A program made the position numbers and the translations under genes. This document shows, piece after piece, positions 14,287 to 36,460 of a stretch of DNA of 64,000 nucleotides. Source of the DNA: Callorhinchus milii (taxonomy: Eukaryota); NCBI RefSeq assembly GCF_018977255.1, contig NW_024704742.1, positions 95,172,001 through 95,236,000 on the forward strand, read 5' to 3'. The notes under the pieces are model-generated. The model saw only the letters and a list, made by a program, of their open reading frames with translations. It had not been told where the DNA came from and made no database searches. Positions within the stretch are counted from its first letter, which is position 1. Each line of letters begins with the position of its first letter.

Positions 14287-15020
14287 ACACATAGGCTGAT
14301 TTCAAAGAAATTTGCAGATTAGAAAGATTCTTAAACTTGTTTGGTTAAAGATGGTGAGAGTATCACAATCCATGTTTTGTATACAAAATTGTAAAGAAAC
14401 ATTTATGTGGTGTAGTTAGCTCTCAGAACAATCAGTAATTTGTGTGCTTGCATCTACAACCTGTTTTTTCCTGATGGGCAGAATGTAGCTGGTGCTATGG
14501 GTAAATGGTGCAATTATAACAAAACCAGGGCATCAGGAGAAACTCACTTTCTTTTTGAATAATGTCATGGAATCTTTAATGTCCAACCAAGCAGACAAAC
14601 CAGATTTCAGTTCAGCATTTCATCAGAAGATGACCTTCCTAAATCAGATAGAGATGGTATACATCTCAGTCCAACAGGAATTGATGTGATTCCTAATTAT
14701 AGTTCTCTTCCCATATCTACTGGAACAATTCTTATCAAACTCACTGTAAGTGTGAATCATTTCTTCTTGAAGTTTAATTTCACAAATTATACAGAAAGGT
14801 TTTAAAAGGTGTTTATTTTTCAGAACTCAGCAGACATAGGAATGCACAAATGAAACTGGAAAATGTATTAAACTGTACATATTATACAAAAATTATAATA
14901 ATTTATTACAATATATTATAATATAATATATTATAATATATCATTATTATAACAATTAAAAACAACTTTAAATAATCAAAATAATAGGGGAGGGTGGGCA
15001 GAGTCTCAAATTGAAGCTGT

Positions 15021-16937
15021 TCAGTTATTCAAAACAATCATCGTGTCACGTACACGGTGTTCTAAATCCCTCAGATTTTCTACACTTAATTTGCAGAGGG
15101 CCAAAATTGTAGTTTTGTTAAGAAAAGGATTAAATTCAACTGTCATCAGACAACAAAGGTCCACTAGATCCTGCTGACATTTCTGCAGACCCACAGTAAT
15201 CCTCTGCCGTTGGCTAGGGTCTTTCATCAAATCTTTCATTTCAGCCACTGAGAAACCAATAAGGCTTCTCAAAATGTCATCACCAACTTCCACATCGATG
15301 TAGGCAGTGCCATCGGTAATTCTAGCTTTAATATTCCACGCTCCATCGGTGTTTGTAAGTTTGTCCAGTAAGGTAACAATGAAGCCCTTGACTTTTACCA
15401 CAGTAACCATCTCAGGTTTCCTATCCAAAAGAATATTTAGGTATGTAAATGGAGGAGAATCTAATTCTAGAGAAAAGAGTTTGGAATTGTTTCCATTTAT
15501 GTTCCTTTTATTAGCCACATTTCCTTGAGAAAGGCTACTTATATTGCTGGAAGAATCTGACCTTAGTTCAGATATATTTTCAGGATTAGTGCTGTGTTTC
15601 AGTTTGATATTAAATGGCTCACACTTCACTGAAGGTTTAAGCTTACATTCCAGGTTAATAGAAGCTGTATTTGGATTATTTGTTCTTTCCATAGAGCTAT
15701 TGCTCTGTGTTGGAGTCACCCTGAGTGAATTTTGTGACTCTTGAGCATTTCTACTACTCACTGAAGATCCTGAGTTTTCACTACATATTCCCCATTTAAT
15801 AGATTCAGCTTGGATTTGTAGTGGATTACCAGAAAAGTTATTAGTTGCTTGTTGATGCAATTCTGACCCTGTGATGGATCGATTTGCTATTTCTGTTCGC
15901 TGGGGTTCTTCTTCAAAGTTTTCATCCTGAAAGAATAAATCATCATCCATTTCATCCAATGGCAAATTATCAAAGTCATCATCATTAAAATCTAAAAATC
16001 CCTGATCTGAATCTTGCAATTCTCTCGATATTTGTGGTGTGTAGGACTCCACACTTGGGCTTCTGCTACTTAGAGCACTGATTCGAGGCTGGGTTTGTGA
16101 ATAGTTTGTGGCGCTATTTAAGGTGCCATTTCTGCTACCATACCCACTTTCAGAATCCATCTGATTCAAAATCAAATCATCATCTTCATCAAAACCAGCC
16201 AACAGCTCTTCATCTGAGGGGCCTAAAAGCTGAGGTATGCCATCTGGCCTTTCAACCAGATTTTCGCCATTGTGAGTAGGTCTAGACACAACATTGTCAT
16301 CTGACTCTCCAACCAGCCTGGCAAGTACTCTCTCTTGCAAATTTTCTTCCAAAAGGGATTCCACTTCACCGCCGAGCACCTTCAGGTTTTCAGGTTTAAG
16401 AAGCAGAACCCCTAAGCGACAGATGATATTACCGAACAGCAAGATTTTTGTGCCTGGTGGAAGGTTACTATGGAGAGCAGGAAGTTGCTTATACTCCATT
16501 CCCTGGAGCTCCTGTACTCCATCCGTTAGCTGTAGCATCAACATTCGGGTTGGTTTTGCTTCCCACGACCTCTGGGATATTTGTGTTGAAGTCATCAGTT
16601 CATTGGTGTTATCTTTTCCCCTGATCTTCTGCAGCTGAGAGTAAGCGGGCTGACTAATGTCCACTAATGAATCGATCTGCAAGCAGTAAAATCCATTTAA
16701 TTCACTCTTGTGGACTTCTGAAATTCTGCTTGGCAAGATGGGGTACTCCAGATCTCGGAGATCAGTAAGAAGCCACTGCTCAAAAACCTGCTTATTGATT
16801 TGGGCTTGCATTAAAGCGGTACCTTGGTTTTCCTGCTGAATCCAATCTAAACATGCTTCAACCCAATGCGAAGGAACTTTGACATGCCACGTTGCCTCCA
16901 GCCAGGTTTCTACTCTCCGAATAATACCAGATGTCAT
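15021..16937 (-). CDS. RMI1: RecQ-mediated genome instability protein 1 (638 aa, single coding exon)
   Basis: N-terminal helical domain (WHVKVP, VFEQWLLTDLRDL), OB fold (RMLMLQLTDG...GMEY...LPPGTKI...VLGGEVE), C-terminal OB fold (PPFTYL, ITDGTAYIDV); divergent to HNRNPK as in mammals. Splice acceptor for this exon at about 17003-17004 (- strand ttttgtaatccttcag). Confidence 0.97.
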   Translation of the reverse strand: MTSGIIRRVETWLEATWHVKVPSHWVEACLDWIQQENQGTALMQAQINKQVFEQWLLTDLRDLEYPILPSRISEVHKSELNGFYCLQIDSLVDISQPAYSQLQKIRGKDNTNELMTSTQISQRSWEAKPTRMLMLQLTDGVQELQGMEYKQLPALHSNLPPGTKILLFGNIICRLGVLLLKPENLKVLGGEVESLLEENLQERVLARLVGESDDNVVSRPTHNGENLVERPDGIPQLLGPSDEELLAGFDEDDDLILNQMDSESGYGSRNGTLNSATNYSQTQPRISALSSRSPSVESYTPQISRELQDSDQGFLDFNDDDFDNLPLDEMDDDLFFQDENFEEEPQRTEIANRSITGSELHQQATNNFSGNPLQIQAESIKWGICSENSGSSVSSRNAQESQNSLRVTPTQSNSSMERTNNPNTASINLECKLKPSVKCEPFNIKLKHSTNPENISELRSDSSSNISSLSQGNVANKRNINGNNSKLFSLELDSPPFTYLNILLDRKPEMVTVVKVKGFIVTLLDKLTNTDGAWNIKARITDGTAYIDVEVGDDILRSLIGFSVAEMKDLMKDPSQRQRITVGLQKCQQDLVDLCCLMTVEFNPFLNKTTILALCKLSVENLRDLEHRVRDTMIVLNN

Positions 16938-17152
16938 CTTAACTGCTAAATATTATGTTGTGGCTTTATGAAACAGTCCAAACGTAATCTTCATGTCCAG
17001 GCCTGAAGGATTACAAAACAAAACTTTTTATAAAATGTTTACAATAGGGACAGTCTGATTTCATATCATCATTCCAATGACCATTTGTAAGTACTTATTA
17101 TACAGGATTTATTAAACAGTTTATCATACATAGTTTATCATGCAGGATTTAT

Positions 17153-17488
17153 AATATAATAATCCTTGCATTTGATATAGCGCCTTATCACGTCTTTGAG
17201 ACGTCTCAAAGCGCTTCACAGAATATACTGTAAAGTGAACTGACTGTATATTTTGTGAGCGAAATTCGGTAGCACAACAGTGTCCTACAAACAGTCATGG
17301 ATTGAGTGACCAATTTATTTATGTCTGTTTTGAAGGAATTATTACCCCCAGAAAAGCAATCGATCGACTAACAACCGGGTTCCTACTTACTGCTCGGTAA
17401 ACAGAGCCGTGTGGAGTAAGGAAACTTGCTCAAAGTATCGCCCTGCCGGGCCTCGCTTAGTGCTCTAACCACTGAGCTGCAGGACTCC
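17153..17488 (-). mobile_element. tRNA-derived SINE, variant with a different or longer internal segment
   Basis: Same head and tail as the main SINE; the internal gggttcctacttactgctcggtaaacaga segment is also seen at about 13425-13455. Confidence 0.75.
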
Positions 17489-18089
17489 ATCATGCGTTAC
17501 AGGACTTATGATGCAGGGCTTATTATACAGTACTCTGGTCCCCTGGGGACCAAACAAAGCCTTATATCTTTGCATTGTAAGGGTTCTGACGAAGGGTCGT
17601 GGACCCAAAACGTTGACTCACTTTCCTTTCTCCATCGCTGCTGTGTTCCCAGCCACTTCTGTTTTTGTTTCAGATTTCCCGCCTGTGCAGCATTTCACGT
17701 TATATCTTATTTATTTGATGAATTTATTGAGGAGCAGGATAGGCCTGTTCGTCAATTTATAAACTTTGGGTATGAATTAAGGCAGAGCTAATTTTAACAT
17801 CGACAAGAGAGTGGGACAATTGACGGTCTCGAACGACTTTTAAGACTGCGCTTTCCAGGCACGGGGCGATGCGGTGTATATCATAGTATCATAGAATTAT
17901 ACAGCACAGGAGGAGGCCATTCGGCCCATCGTATCTGCATATATATATATATATATATATAAATAAAGCACAGTGGTATATACATACACTCACATACACG
18001 CGCGTCTATGAACAGACTGCTGCTGAAACGTACACGGCTAAACTCTTGAGACTTCTTCACGCTGACAAATAAAATGTGCGAGCCGAGAG

Positions 18090-20300
18090 GACACAAGAGG
18101 GCCCGAGCTCAGGCCGCCACGGGTAGTGCAGGTCCGGCGGGGCAGGCCAGGCGCCGGGGCGCTCGCAGTCTCCTCCTAAAATGGCGGTTGAAAGGCGCGC
18201 GGGGCTGCCGCTGAAATGGCGGTTTAACCGCCGTGACTTTGAAATTTCGAATGAATGCGTGCGCCGCGCTGCCCCGCCGCCTGGTCTCGCCTCACCGCCG
18301 GAGGGGGGGGGGGGGGGAGGGGGAAGGTCCTGCCCGAGCCCGAGCCCAGCGCGTGGCACGCGCGGCATTTCAAACAAATTCACAATCACAACATGTATTT
18401 TCCAATAGTTCCCACTCTCTCTCCTTCTCTCTCTCTCCCTCACTCCGTATCCATCCGCAAGCAACCCGTTAACCCGCGCTTCGCCCAACCGATACGGTCA
18501 TATTGTTTCACCAACCCCCGCCCGCCCCGCGCATTAATAGCAACCGATAAAAGTATTTCCCCCGTGAGAGGAAACTGACATACGTCTAATTACAATTAAA
18601 ATGCACTTCAGCAAAAGGGCGCGTGCGTGCGTGTGTAAAAAAATAAATTCACTGCACCAATGCTGACGCAAAAAGTACCAATACTGCTTTTTTTTAAAAA
18701 AGCAAAAAGTACTTGGAAGGCAGATATTAAATTATAGCAAGCTTACTGCTACACGTTATATTATTGTATGTAAACAAAAATCTGTACCCTAACCAAAATC
18801 GTGCAGAATCTGCGCCCTGAATTTTCTTGTTTTGAGCACGTGCTAACCTGTTTAACCGCACATTATAAATGGTTCTGGACCGAGTCTCACTCCCCCCCCC
18901 CGCTCCGCCGAGTGGGCCCGCCCGTTCCTCTCCTGTCCCCTCCTCCTTGCCGCGCTGTTGGCGACATCATTTGCAGCGGTTTCTCTGCTCCAGGACACGT
19001 CCGCGACGCTACGAGAAGACGAGGCACCACGACGTTCAGCTCATGGGTAGTTTCCTTCCCCATTATTTACTCTTACAGCGCCCTGGGACGCGCTCCCGAC
19101 TTGAAAGGCGCCATGTTAATGTAATTTATTGTTAGTTGTTGTTCACTGTTTTACGAGTGAAGAGGGGGGGGGAGGCGGGTGGAAAGACAGTAAAGCTTTC
19201 TATGTGTAATTACTAATAATGTGGAGGTTTATTTATCAACGAAAAGGCTCTTCTCCCTCCTCCACGCACACACTTCTCCCCCCGAACACCTTTTTCCGAG
19301 TTTTTTCTCTGAAACAAAAGCGCAAACTACGTTTTAATCGAAAGTGATAAGGTTGAGGAAGACATGTTTTTTTTCGGGGAGAGGGGGTTGACGATGGCTG
19401 TCTCGATGATGCGTGTGATTGACAGCGACTTTGACCTATTGCGATCGTGGACCTCTGATTGACGGCCAGGGTCTCGGGCGGGAAACGCAGGTTCCGACCA
19501 ATGGGAGCGGCCGATGCCGCGGGACGTGGGCGGGCTCGGCCCTGAATGCGCTCGCTCGCAGGGGCCTGTGGGTAACGATTCGCTCTCTTGCCTTTTTCCA
19601 GACGATTCCTCTTTTTGTGACTCGCCCGACTTCAAACTGGCTTCCGAGGGGTTTTCGCAGCCTTTTGGCTCGGTGAGTCAGGCCTTCACCGAGCTCGTGC
19701 GACACGCGACGATTCGAGGATTTGAAAAATATACATTTATTAGCGGAGAGCAGTTGATGAGACTTGCGGTGTTTTATTAAAAAGAAACGAACGACGTATG
19801 GCGTGTTGTGTGCGAGCGAGGCGGATGTGGCGGCCATCTTTGAAAGGCTTATTTTTTTTTGTTCCTTGTGGCGTTTTCTTCACTTCATTTAATTAACCCC
19901 TTACCGATGCGAGGTATTTTCCTGCTCGCTCTCCCATCCCCATTCCTTCCCTCCTCCCGCCCCCCTCCCCTCCCCCCCCCCAAGTCGGGAGCGTCGAGCT
20001 TGGGAATTTGCCGAGCGCTGTTCTTCGGGCCCAGGAGCCGTTGTCGTCCTCGTTTCGAGCTGTTCCTTTGTCGAGTCACGGGTCTGATGGCGGCGCCGAT
20101 CGGCCTCCGCAGCCCTCATTCCCCCCCCCCCCCCCGCAAAAGTTAAGACCGGGATTTCCATTTTTTTTAAGGGAGGGGCGGAGAAGCTGTTTATCGTCTC
20201 ACCTGTGGATTTTTACACTCCCCGTGTAGATTTTTAAATACGTTATGTGGTACAGGGGAGGTGCTCACGTGATGCAGCTCATTGGTGCCAGGGGAGAGAG
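18090..20300. promoter_or_regulatory. CpG island / divergent promoter region of RMI1 and HNRNPK
   Basis: High GC and CpG density between divergent genes; YY1-type motifs (aaaatggcgg about 18178, aaatggcgg about 18214, cggccatctt 19831), CCAAT at 19498, GC boxes. Confidence 0.85.
19550..19672 (+). other. HNRNPK: Probable non-coding exon 1 of HNRNPK (5' end approximate)
   Basis: Downstream of CCAAT and GC boxes; ends at a strong donor cg|gtgagt (19673). Confidence 0.6.
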
Positions 20301-22194
20301 GAGGGAGAGCGTTCCCCGCCGTCGCCGTGGTTTTGTCCTGTTTGGCAGCAGTCTACATGCATTCAGTAACTGCAGTTGCCAATCGTTGAGGTTTATTTAC
20401 TGCGCCTTTCCTTTTCCCCCTTTTACTTCGCTTCCCTTGGCAGACGCATGGCGCTCCCGCCTCCAGACTTTGTTTCCCCTTAAAGCGCGGCTTGGGTTTT
20501 GATGGGATTTTTTTCCGCGTTCTCTTTATACAGTGCTGCTGCGCTACTGCGCTCCTGTACTGCGGGTCGCCCCCGTGGATTTGCTTTTTTAAAGCCACCT
20601 TTGCATCCATTTCTTCATACTGCAGGACTTCTGTGGGTCTCTTTGTTTTCTCCGGTTTTGGAGAAAAAATTGTAGTCTTGTTGTAATTGTAACCCTAAGA
20701 CTAGTTTTGGTGCGCCTTAAGGTTTATTTTGGCTGCCTGTCTTATTTCTTCACGTAGTGGGATCAGGTTGACAATTTTTTTTATTTCTCCCTATTTTTAG
20801 AGCCCTCATTTATGTACTGTACTGCCTTGTGGACTGCAGAATAGCTAAATCCTTTTAATTAAAAAAAGGCTTGAACCCATAGTTCAGTTTCTATGCAGTT
20901 TGGTTTTTCAAACTGTCAGAAAGGAAGGTTTTCATATTTATCTAATTATCAGTTTGTTTTGGATGCTCCTGAGCATTGTAATGGGGTTCAGCATTGTCAG
21001 ACACCCGGCTGAACAAAAAAAATCTAATGGTGATGGTAGTGGAGAACGAGGTCTACTACTTAGATTGATGCAACACCATGTGTAGGAATTGTAGGGGAAC
21101 AAGGGGATTTTCATTTCCCATGGGAGCTGCTGCTTTGTTCTGTTGTAAAGCTATCCTCCTTGGTAAGTGCAGTTTTTCTTGGTGGACAGTATTGGAGTTG
21201 GATTTGTATAACGTTTAGATGGCTGAATGTCTCAAGTTGTCCTGTGTATGTTCTTCCACCACATACATTATTTACAAAATGCAAAATATGCATTTATTTA
21301 GCTCCCTTCATGTGGCGTAGTATCGCCAAATGCCTATTGGGATAGCTAAGGAGGCTGAAGTTTAGTCTGCATTTCCTGTAAGGTGTTACCTGGACATCAA
21401 GTTTCCTGGGTGGATAGTATCCAGAGCTTAGTTGCTATGCAAACAGTGGCTTCTGAAGATTTGCATTTTGGGCAACTGATGGAATCACTTACCATTTAGG
21501 GGGTATGTGTCTGGGCTGTGGGCGAGAGAGTGGTCGTGTTTACATATTTTATGTAGAATTGGCATTGTTACAAGTTATACCTGTACTTCTATGATCGGGG
21601 TGGGGGGGGGGGGACAAAAGCTATTTGGTGCAGAGTTGGTCCATGGTGATCACCAACTTGTGCCTAAACTCAGGATGTATCTATCTAGTGATTGCATACT
21701 CTTGCCGTACAAGACAAATTAAATCATGTGGGACTCGTTAGTTTGGCTTGGGATTCTTGGGGTTAATACCCGATTGGCAACAAAATTGCTAGCGGGAACG
21801 ATTTGCAATGCTGTTCCAAGTTTGAGCTTCAGTTAAATTTCGTAGTCTAGATAAATGGCTGGTTGAAGGTTTTCCTTTGATCTTGCACATTTTGAATTTA
21901 ATGATGGAGGTTCCATTACCGTTTGCAGCAGGAATTATCTGTGTACTATCTATAGTAATTCAATTTTCATATTAATCTAACTTCTGGCAGCCATATTATG
22001 GGATGTATGTCCAAAATGTAAGCAAAGAATTGGCTTTTGAGTTATTCGGCCATACAATACTTTCGTAATCAACATAATGTTCTGAAATGTAAATAATTCT
22101 TTAAATGTAGCCTGTGCAATGAATTTGAGCCATTAACAATGTATTTTCCTTTTTACAGACTAGCTGCATTGCAGGCTCTCAAGACTTAAATGAA

Positions 22195-31203
<9,009 letters not shown>

Positions 31204-32449
31204 ATCAAAAAAGCAGAGAAGATTGAAAGAATAAGTCGCTGCTTTTTTGTCACTGCTTTTTGTTTGAAGAGCCAACATTCCTCTGCTTACATAGATCACA
31301 CTGGGAGCATAGATCAGATTCTGCCTTCCATCATTTGTAATGTTTTAATTCTTAGCAAACTAGCACAGCTTAAAACAGTTTGAATTTTTCAACCGTGACA
31401 GAATGAGTGGATTCTGGGTTTTATGTTTTGTTCTAAATGTTTCAGTGGTGGTTTATTGTGTTTTCTGTAACTATGGTAACAGCTCATCATTGAGATGTAC
31501 ACTGTTTATGGACAATAGTACTGGTAGTCTAAATGTGCCAGATATCCATTCAGTAAAATGTGCAAAATGCAATCTTGTTTTGTAAGGAACATTTTATGGT
31601 TTTTAAAATAAATTAGGTGAAATAAACAAGTGTACACTTTACTTGAAGATACTTAAGTAACTCCTTTTGCTGACCAAAAGTTGACAGTGAGCAGAAATTG
31701 ACGATGGTACTATTAAATTGTGGTAACTAATGCAACTCTATGGACTCTTGACTCACTGCTTTTTAGCCATGATAGATGTTTCAATTTGGATAGTCTTAAT
31801 TAATTTCCCTTATGGTTGGATCGTCTTACCATAGAAATGCATACAACACTGGGTGGAGTGTCCATAGAAGGTGAACTTCAGATTTGTTGGGCAATTAAGC
31901 ACATTGCTTAGCCTAAAGTGAGAATTTGAAGAGGATTAACAGAAGGAATAAGTCCCTCCCCCCCACCCATGATCAGATTCATCGCTATTCAAAAGATCAG
32001 ATTTTTCTCTAGGTATTGCAATTTCTAGATTGGCTTTATGCAATAAACTGCCAATTAACCCTGTACACCAAGCTTTTTTGTGAGTGCTAACCTAGAATTT
32101 GAAATAGAGGAAAATTTCCCAATTGCAGTGTCTCAGAGCTGTTCTTGCTGTACTGTACCTTTTTATCTATGATGGATAATTTACAAAATCTTAGAACTTA
32201 TACTTACACCAGGCTCAACAAGTAATTCATTGTGTTCACCTGAATCCGATGGAAGCACTCTCACCTCTGCGTTAGAATGTGGGTTCAAGCCCCACATTGG
32301 GACTTGAAATTTATCATCTAACCTGACATTCCAATCAGTGCTGGGGGGTGCAACGTTGTTGGCGCTGCCATCCTTTAGATGAGACAATAAACTGAGGTTC
32401 TATCTGCCCGTTGAGGTAGACTTAGATCCCATGCCACTTTTTGAAACGA

Positions 32450-33165
32450 GAAGGAGCAGCAGTTGGAAGGGCAGGGGTGGTTGAGCGGAGCCCCTCGATT
32501 TTGGTCTCGGAAGTCCAGCATCTCCTCAGTTTTGAAGAGGATGGGCAGAGGAGCCTGGGGATGTCCTTATTCTCCAAGATTATTGGAGTAGAAGCACGGT
32601 TTAGTGGAGGTGAGCGCGGAGCGGTAAGTCCAGACAGATTTGCTGCTGAGCCAGGTGTGTTCAGTGATACCTGTGCATTGAGGGAGTGGAGGTGGCTGGT
32701 GTACCAGGGTACTTTGTGACAGTAGTAGGCAGTTTGAGAAGTGAGTGGGGCATCAAGAGGAAGTTGAGAGTGACCGAGGAGGATAGGTCATTGCAGGAGG
32801 ATTTCAAATGATTCCAGGGGAGCAGAGGGAGTGGTGCAGATTTTTTTCTGTGGGTGATAGGAGATGGAGGTGGGTTGGGTGGCAGTGGGGAGAGGGATTG
32901 AAGAGTTAGGAGAGATGAAGTAGTGGTCAGAGATGGCTTTGTCAGCAATAGTGAGGTCCAAGACGCTGAGGCCCCTGGGATCTGGGGCTGGTGGGCCTTG
33001 CGGTGATTGTGGGCAATAAGGCAGTCAGTGTGGCTGCTGCTGGACAGCCAACGGGGGGAGTACCACGGTGACCCTGAAGGAGGATTCCCAGGCTGGAGCA
33101 GAGGGAAGCTGTGGGACTCAAATGGGAATAGAGTGATCAACCTGCAGGCATGGAGTCAGCGCCTG
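32450..33165 (-). mobile_element. Degenerate L2-type LINE fragment
   Basis: Purine-rich + strand composition like the other L2 copies; a segment resembles 63900-63990; no intact ORF. Confidence 0.45.
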
Positions 33166-34415
33166 GGTTGTGGGGGGTGGTACACTCGATGTGTTATTTA
33201 CCAGGTTGCCCTACCTGCAAAAATAACAGAATTTTACAGGGAGAAGAGAAGAAGGGAAGCAGATAATAATAAAGACTACTAAACCTGGTTCCCGTAATTC
33301 AAAGCTGATGTCACACGGGAAATTAGACTTTTGGTTCAGGTGGGAAATTTTGAATTGATGTCTCTGCACCTGGACATACTGATGGCCGTGACTCCTACAC
33401 CAATTTCCACTCCTCCTCCAGTGCCCGCAACTAGTCTCAATCCCTGAGAGTTCGGCCCTGCTGCTACCCGTTCCCATACCCAATGCACACTCCTTCGTGC
33501 TCCTGCCAACCTGCACTTTATACTCTTATCAGGTTTAAATAGGCAGGATGTGTTGCTCCAGGGAGAGAGTGTGCATTCAATTCCAATAAACATTTCTGGA
33601 ATTTCCACGTACAGGTGAGATGCGTGGAATTCTCAGTTTGGTTTGGATACACTTAAGCATAGCGTTGCGCTTCCGCAGGTTTCAAGCACACAGCTGACCA
33701 AAATAAATCTGCTGTTGAGTCTGTGTATCAGCCATCACACAATAACGAATCCCAGCTACATGGTCAGCAATGTCTTTCATTTGGCCGAGTAGCCTGATTC
33801 AGAATACCTCCAAAGAACAAAGCCCATCCCTATCTACACTGACAGGGCAAGCAGCACAGAACCCACCACAATACATTTGTAAAACCATGCACCCCTGTCA
33901 AGTTCATCCTTAGATTGAACTCACCTATTCCATTAACCTAGCAGTTTAGATCTTCCCTGAAAGGAACAAGAAGCAATAATGGACGTGAGAAGGGTTAGAA
34001 ATCCTGGGACATCCTCAGTAGGTTCCCAATGTTCGTACCATAAATCAATCATGGCACAGAAGACGTCAGCCACTCTTGACCTGGCAGTCACCCTTCATCT
34101 CACCCAAGACGGTTAGTGCCTTTTAAAACTATTAACCTCAACCCCTTCAATCTGACCACCAAGGTCTACCCCTGCCCTTTGCTATTGGGTTCACAATTAT
34201 AATCATGGGTCACGCTTCCAGCCTGTAGATCAGCCATCTCACCTGATTCCACTTTGCGATCCTCGGTGCAAACTTGCTACGTTATCCTTCACTGTTGTAA
34301 CTTTGCAGGTGAAATGGCATTAGTTAGGATTCACTTTGTGTTTCAAAACTTGAGAAGCTTTGACCAAAATTCAAATTGAACTTTGTCAGACCTTGAGTAA
34401 ACTTGCATACATTAT

Positions 34416-34621
34416 GGAGCCCTGCAGCTCAGTGGTTAGAGCACTCGCCTTGCAAGCGAGACACTGAGTTCAATTCCAGGCAGAGCGAAACCTTGGGCAA
34501 GTTTCCTTACTCCACACACCTAATAATAATCCCTCCAAAAACAGCATATTCTGTGAGGCGCTTTGAGGCGTCTCGAAGACATGATAAGGCGCTATATCAA
34601 ATGCAAGGATTAATATTATTA
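34416..34621 (+). mobile_element. tRNA-derived SINE with internal deletion
   Basis: Head and tail present, Deu core missing. Confidence 0.8.
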
Positions 34622-34699
34622 CACATGGAAATTCCAGAGATGTTTATTGGAATTGAATGCACATTTCCTGGAGGAATGCATCCTGCTTACCTAATTCCA

Positions 34700-35048
34700 G
34701 AAAGTATTAGGCGTGGCATCGCCTGGCTCAGGAACGGGACTACCGAGACCACCGCGGAGGGCTGGCTCGACGCTGGCATTCCGCTGCCAGTTCAGCGTCA
34801 AGGAGACCCCGCTTACCCTCCCCGCCCGGGGGGATAGTCACTAGTGGTGGATTATCAGCAGATGGCATCTCAATAACCCGTTCCCCATCCCATAGCATCA
34901 GATTGATTGCTAATTTAGGTCCTGGTCTCTCCGGAGCTCCTCAGGTTGCAGAACAACCAGAGCACTAGATGTCCGCTCAAAATTTTAAACATTTGGCGAA
35001 GTAACTACTTTTGCCTCTGGTTTACCCTTAAAACTACAAGACTTTGCT

Positions 35049-35086
<38 letters not shown>

Positions 35087-35150
35087 TCCGGGTCAGTTGC
35101 CTTGCTGCCAGTGTAGAGAGTTTGTTGTGGGGGAATCAGAGCCTCAGGGG
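34700..35150 (+). promoter_or_regulatory. Probable QNG1/C9orf64 promoter region
   Basis: Local CpG enrichment, ETS-like cttccggg at about 35085, candidate exon-1 donor aag|gtatcg at 35614. Confidence 0.45.
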
Positions 35151-35152
35151 GT

Positions 35153-35597
35153 AGCTCAGCACCAGCAGCACAGCACAGCAGCTCAGCACCAGCAGCTCAG
35201 CAGCACAGCTCAGCACCAACAGCACAGCTCAGCAGCACAGCTCAGACCAGCAGCACAGCTCAGCACCAGCAGCACAGCTCAGCACCAACAGCACAGCTCA
35301 GACCAGCAGCACAGCTCAGACCAGCAGCACAGCTCAGCACCAGCAGCACAGCTCAGCACCAGCAGCAGCAGCTCAGCACCAGCAGCACAGCTCAGCACCA
35401 GCAGCACAGCTCAGCACCAGCAGCACAGCTCAGACCAGCAGCTCAGACCAGCAGCACAGCTCAGACCAGCAGCACAGCTCAGCACCAACAGCAGCAGCTC
35501 AGCACCAGCAGCACAGCTCAGACCAGCAGCACAGCTCAGCACCAGCAGCACAGCTCAGACCAGCAGCACAGCTCAGCACCAGCAGCACAGCTCAGCA
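35153..35597. repeat. CAG-rich compound minisatellite (cagcacagctcagcaccag variants)
   Basis: Directly visible; preceded by a (ctg)n tract at 35052-35086. Confidence 0.95.
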
Positions 35598-36460
35598 GTC
35601 ACTGCTGGTGAAGGTATCGTATCCAGTGCGCTGCTCATTTTCGGGGATATCGAAAGCGAAGAAGGGAGATCCTGATTTCTGTGTTTCTTTGAAACCAGCG
35701 TTGCTGTGTTTGTGTTGTGTTTCGAAGGTGATGCATTTCCGGATTTTCTGTCGCGAGGCTTAGAAAAAAAAAGAAAAAAAAAGATGGTTAATATTAATTT
35801 ATTGCAAGGAGTGGATCGGATCGGATCGCAGACAGTGTTGCAGCCACACTCCAGCTGCCCCTCTGGCCATCAGAGATACTGGATCAGCAGCAGCACACAA
35901 GCATTTCCAGGCCAGGCCAGACCAGACCAGACCATGGGAACACACTCCCCCTGTTTAGGATCGCTGGTCTTAAATTATATATGTTTTTTAAAAAAAATCA
36001 GGGATGGTCTTTGCAATCTCAGAATCAAACAGAAAGCTTTCAGAAACCAAACCTCGATGTCGCAGCCAATGTAACTTTTTTTTTTTAAAAAATGGTAACA
36101 ATTTCGTTTAATTTGGCTTTTGATAATGAATAATCTAAGAAAGCAGAGCTGAGTTATTGATTTACAGATACAATTGAGATACTGGATATAAAAAAACGTT
36201 TCCAGTTAGTCCACATTAGATCTAATTGGCGGCCAAAGTTCACTTTTGTTCTCGGCTAACGTTTTTATTTGCCGAACCTTGACTTTGCCAGACATTTTAA
36301 GGTGCATTTTATGTTCCCGGAGCTCTTTACACTGCAGCAGGAAAAATATCCAATGAAATATTTGTCTTTTCGGATATACTGATATAAATTACTGTGTGGC
36401 TAAATTCTCACACCCGCTGACGGCAGTTTCAGTTATAGAATCCAGCAAGGTCTGATACAG

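Noticed and set aside
18057..20686. Many 60-140 aa ORFs in the CpG island
   Set aside because: GC-rich stop depletion; no recognisable domains.
35052..35675. 207-aa ORF with a poly-Leu 'signal peptide' and Q/S/A repeats
   Set aside because: No ATG start; derived from the CTG and CAG tandem repeats.
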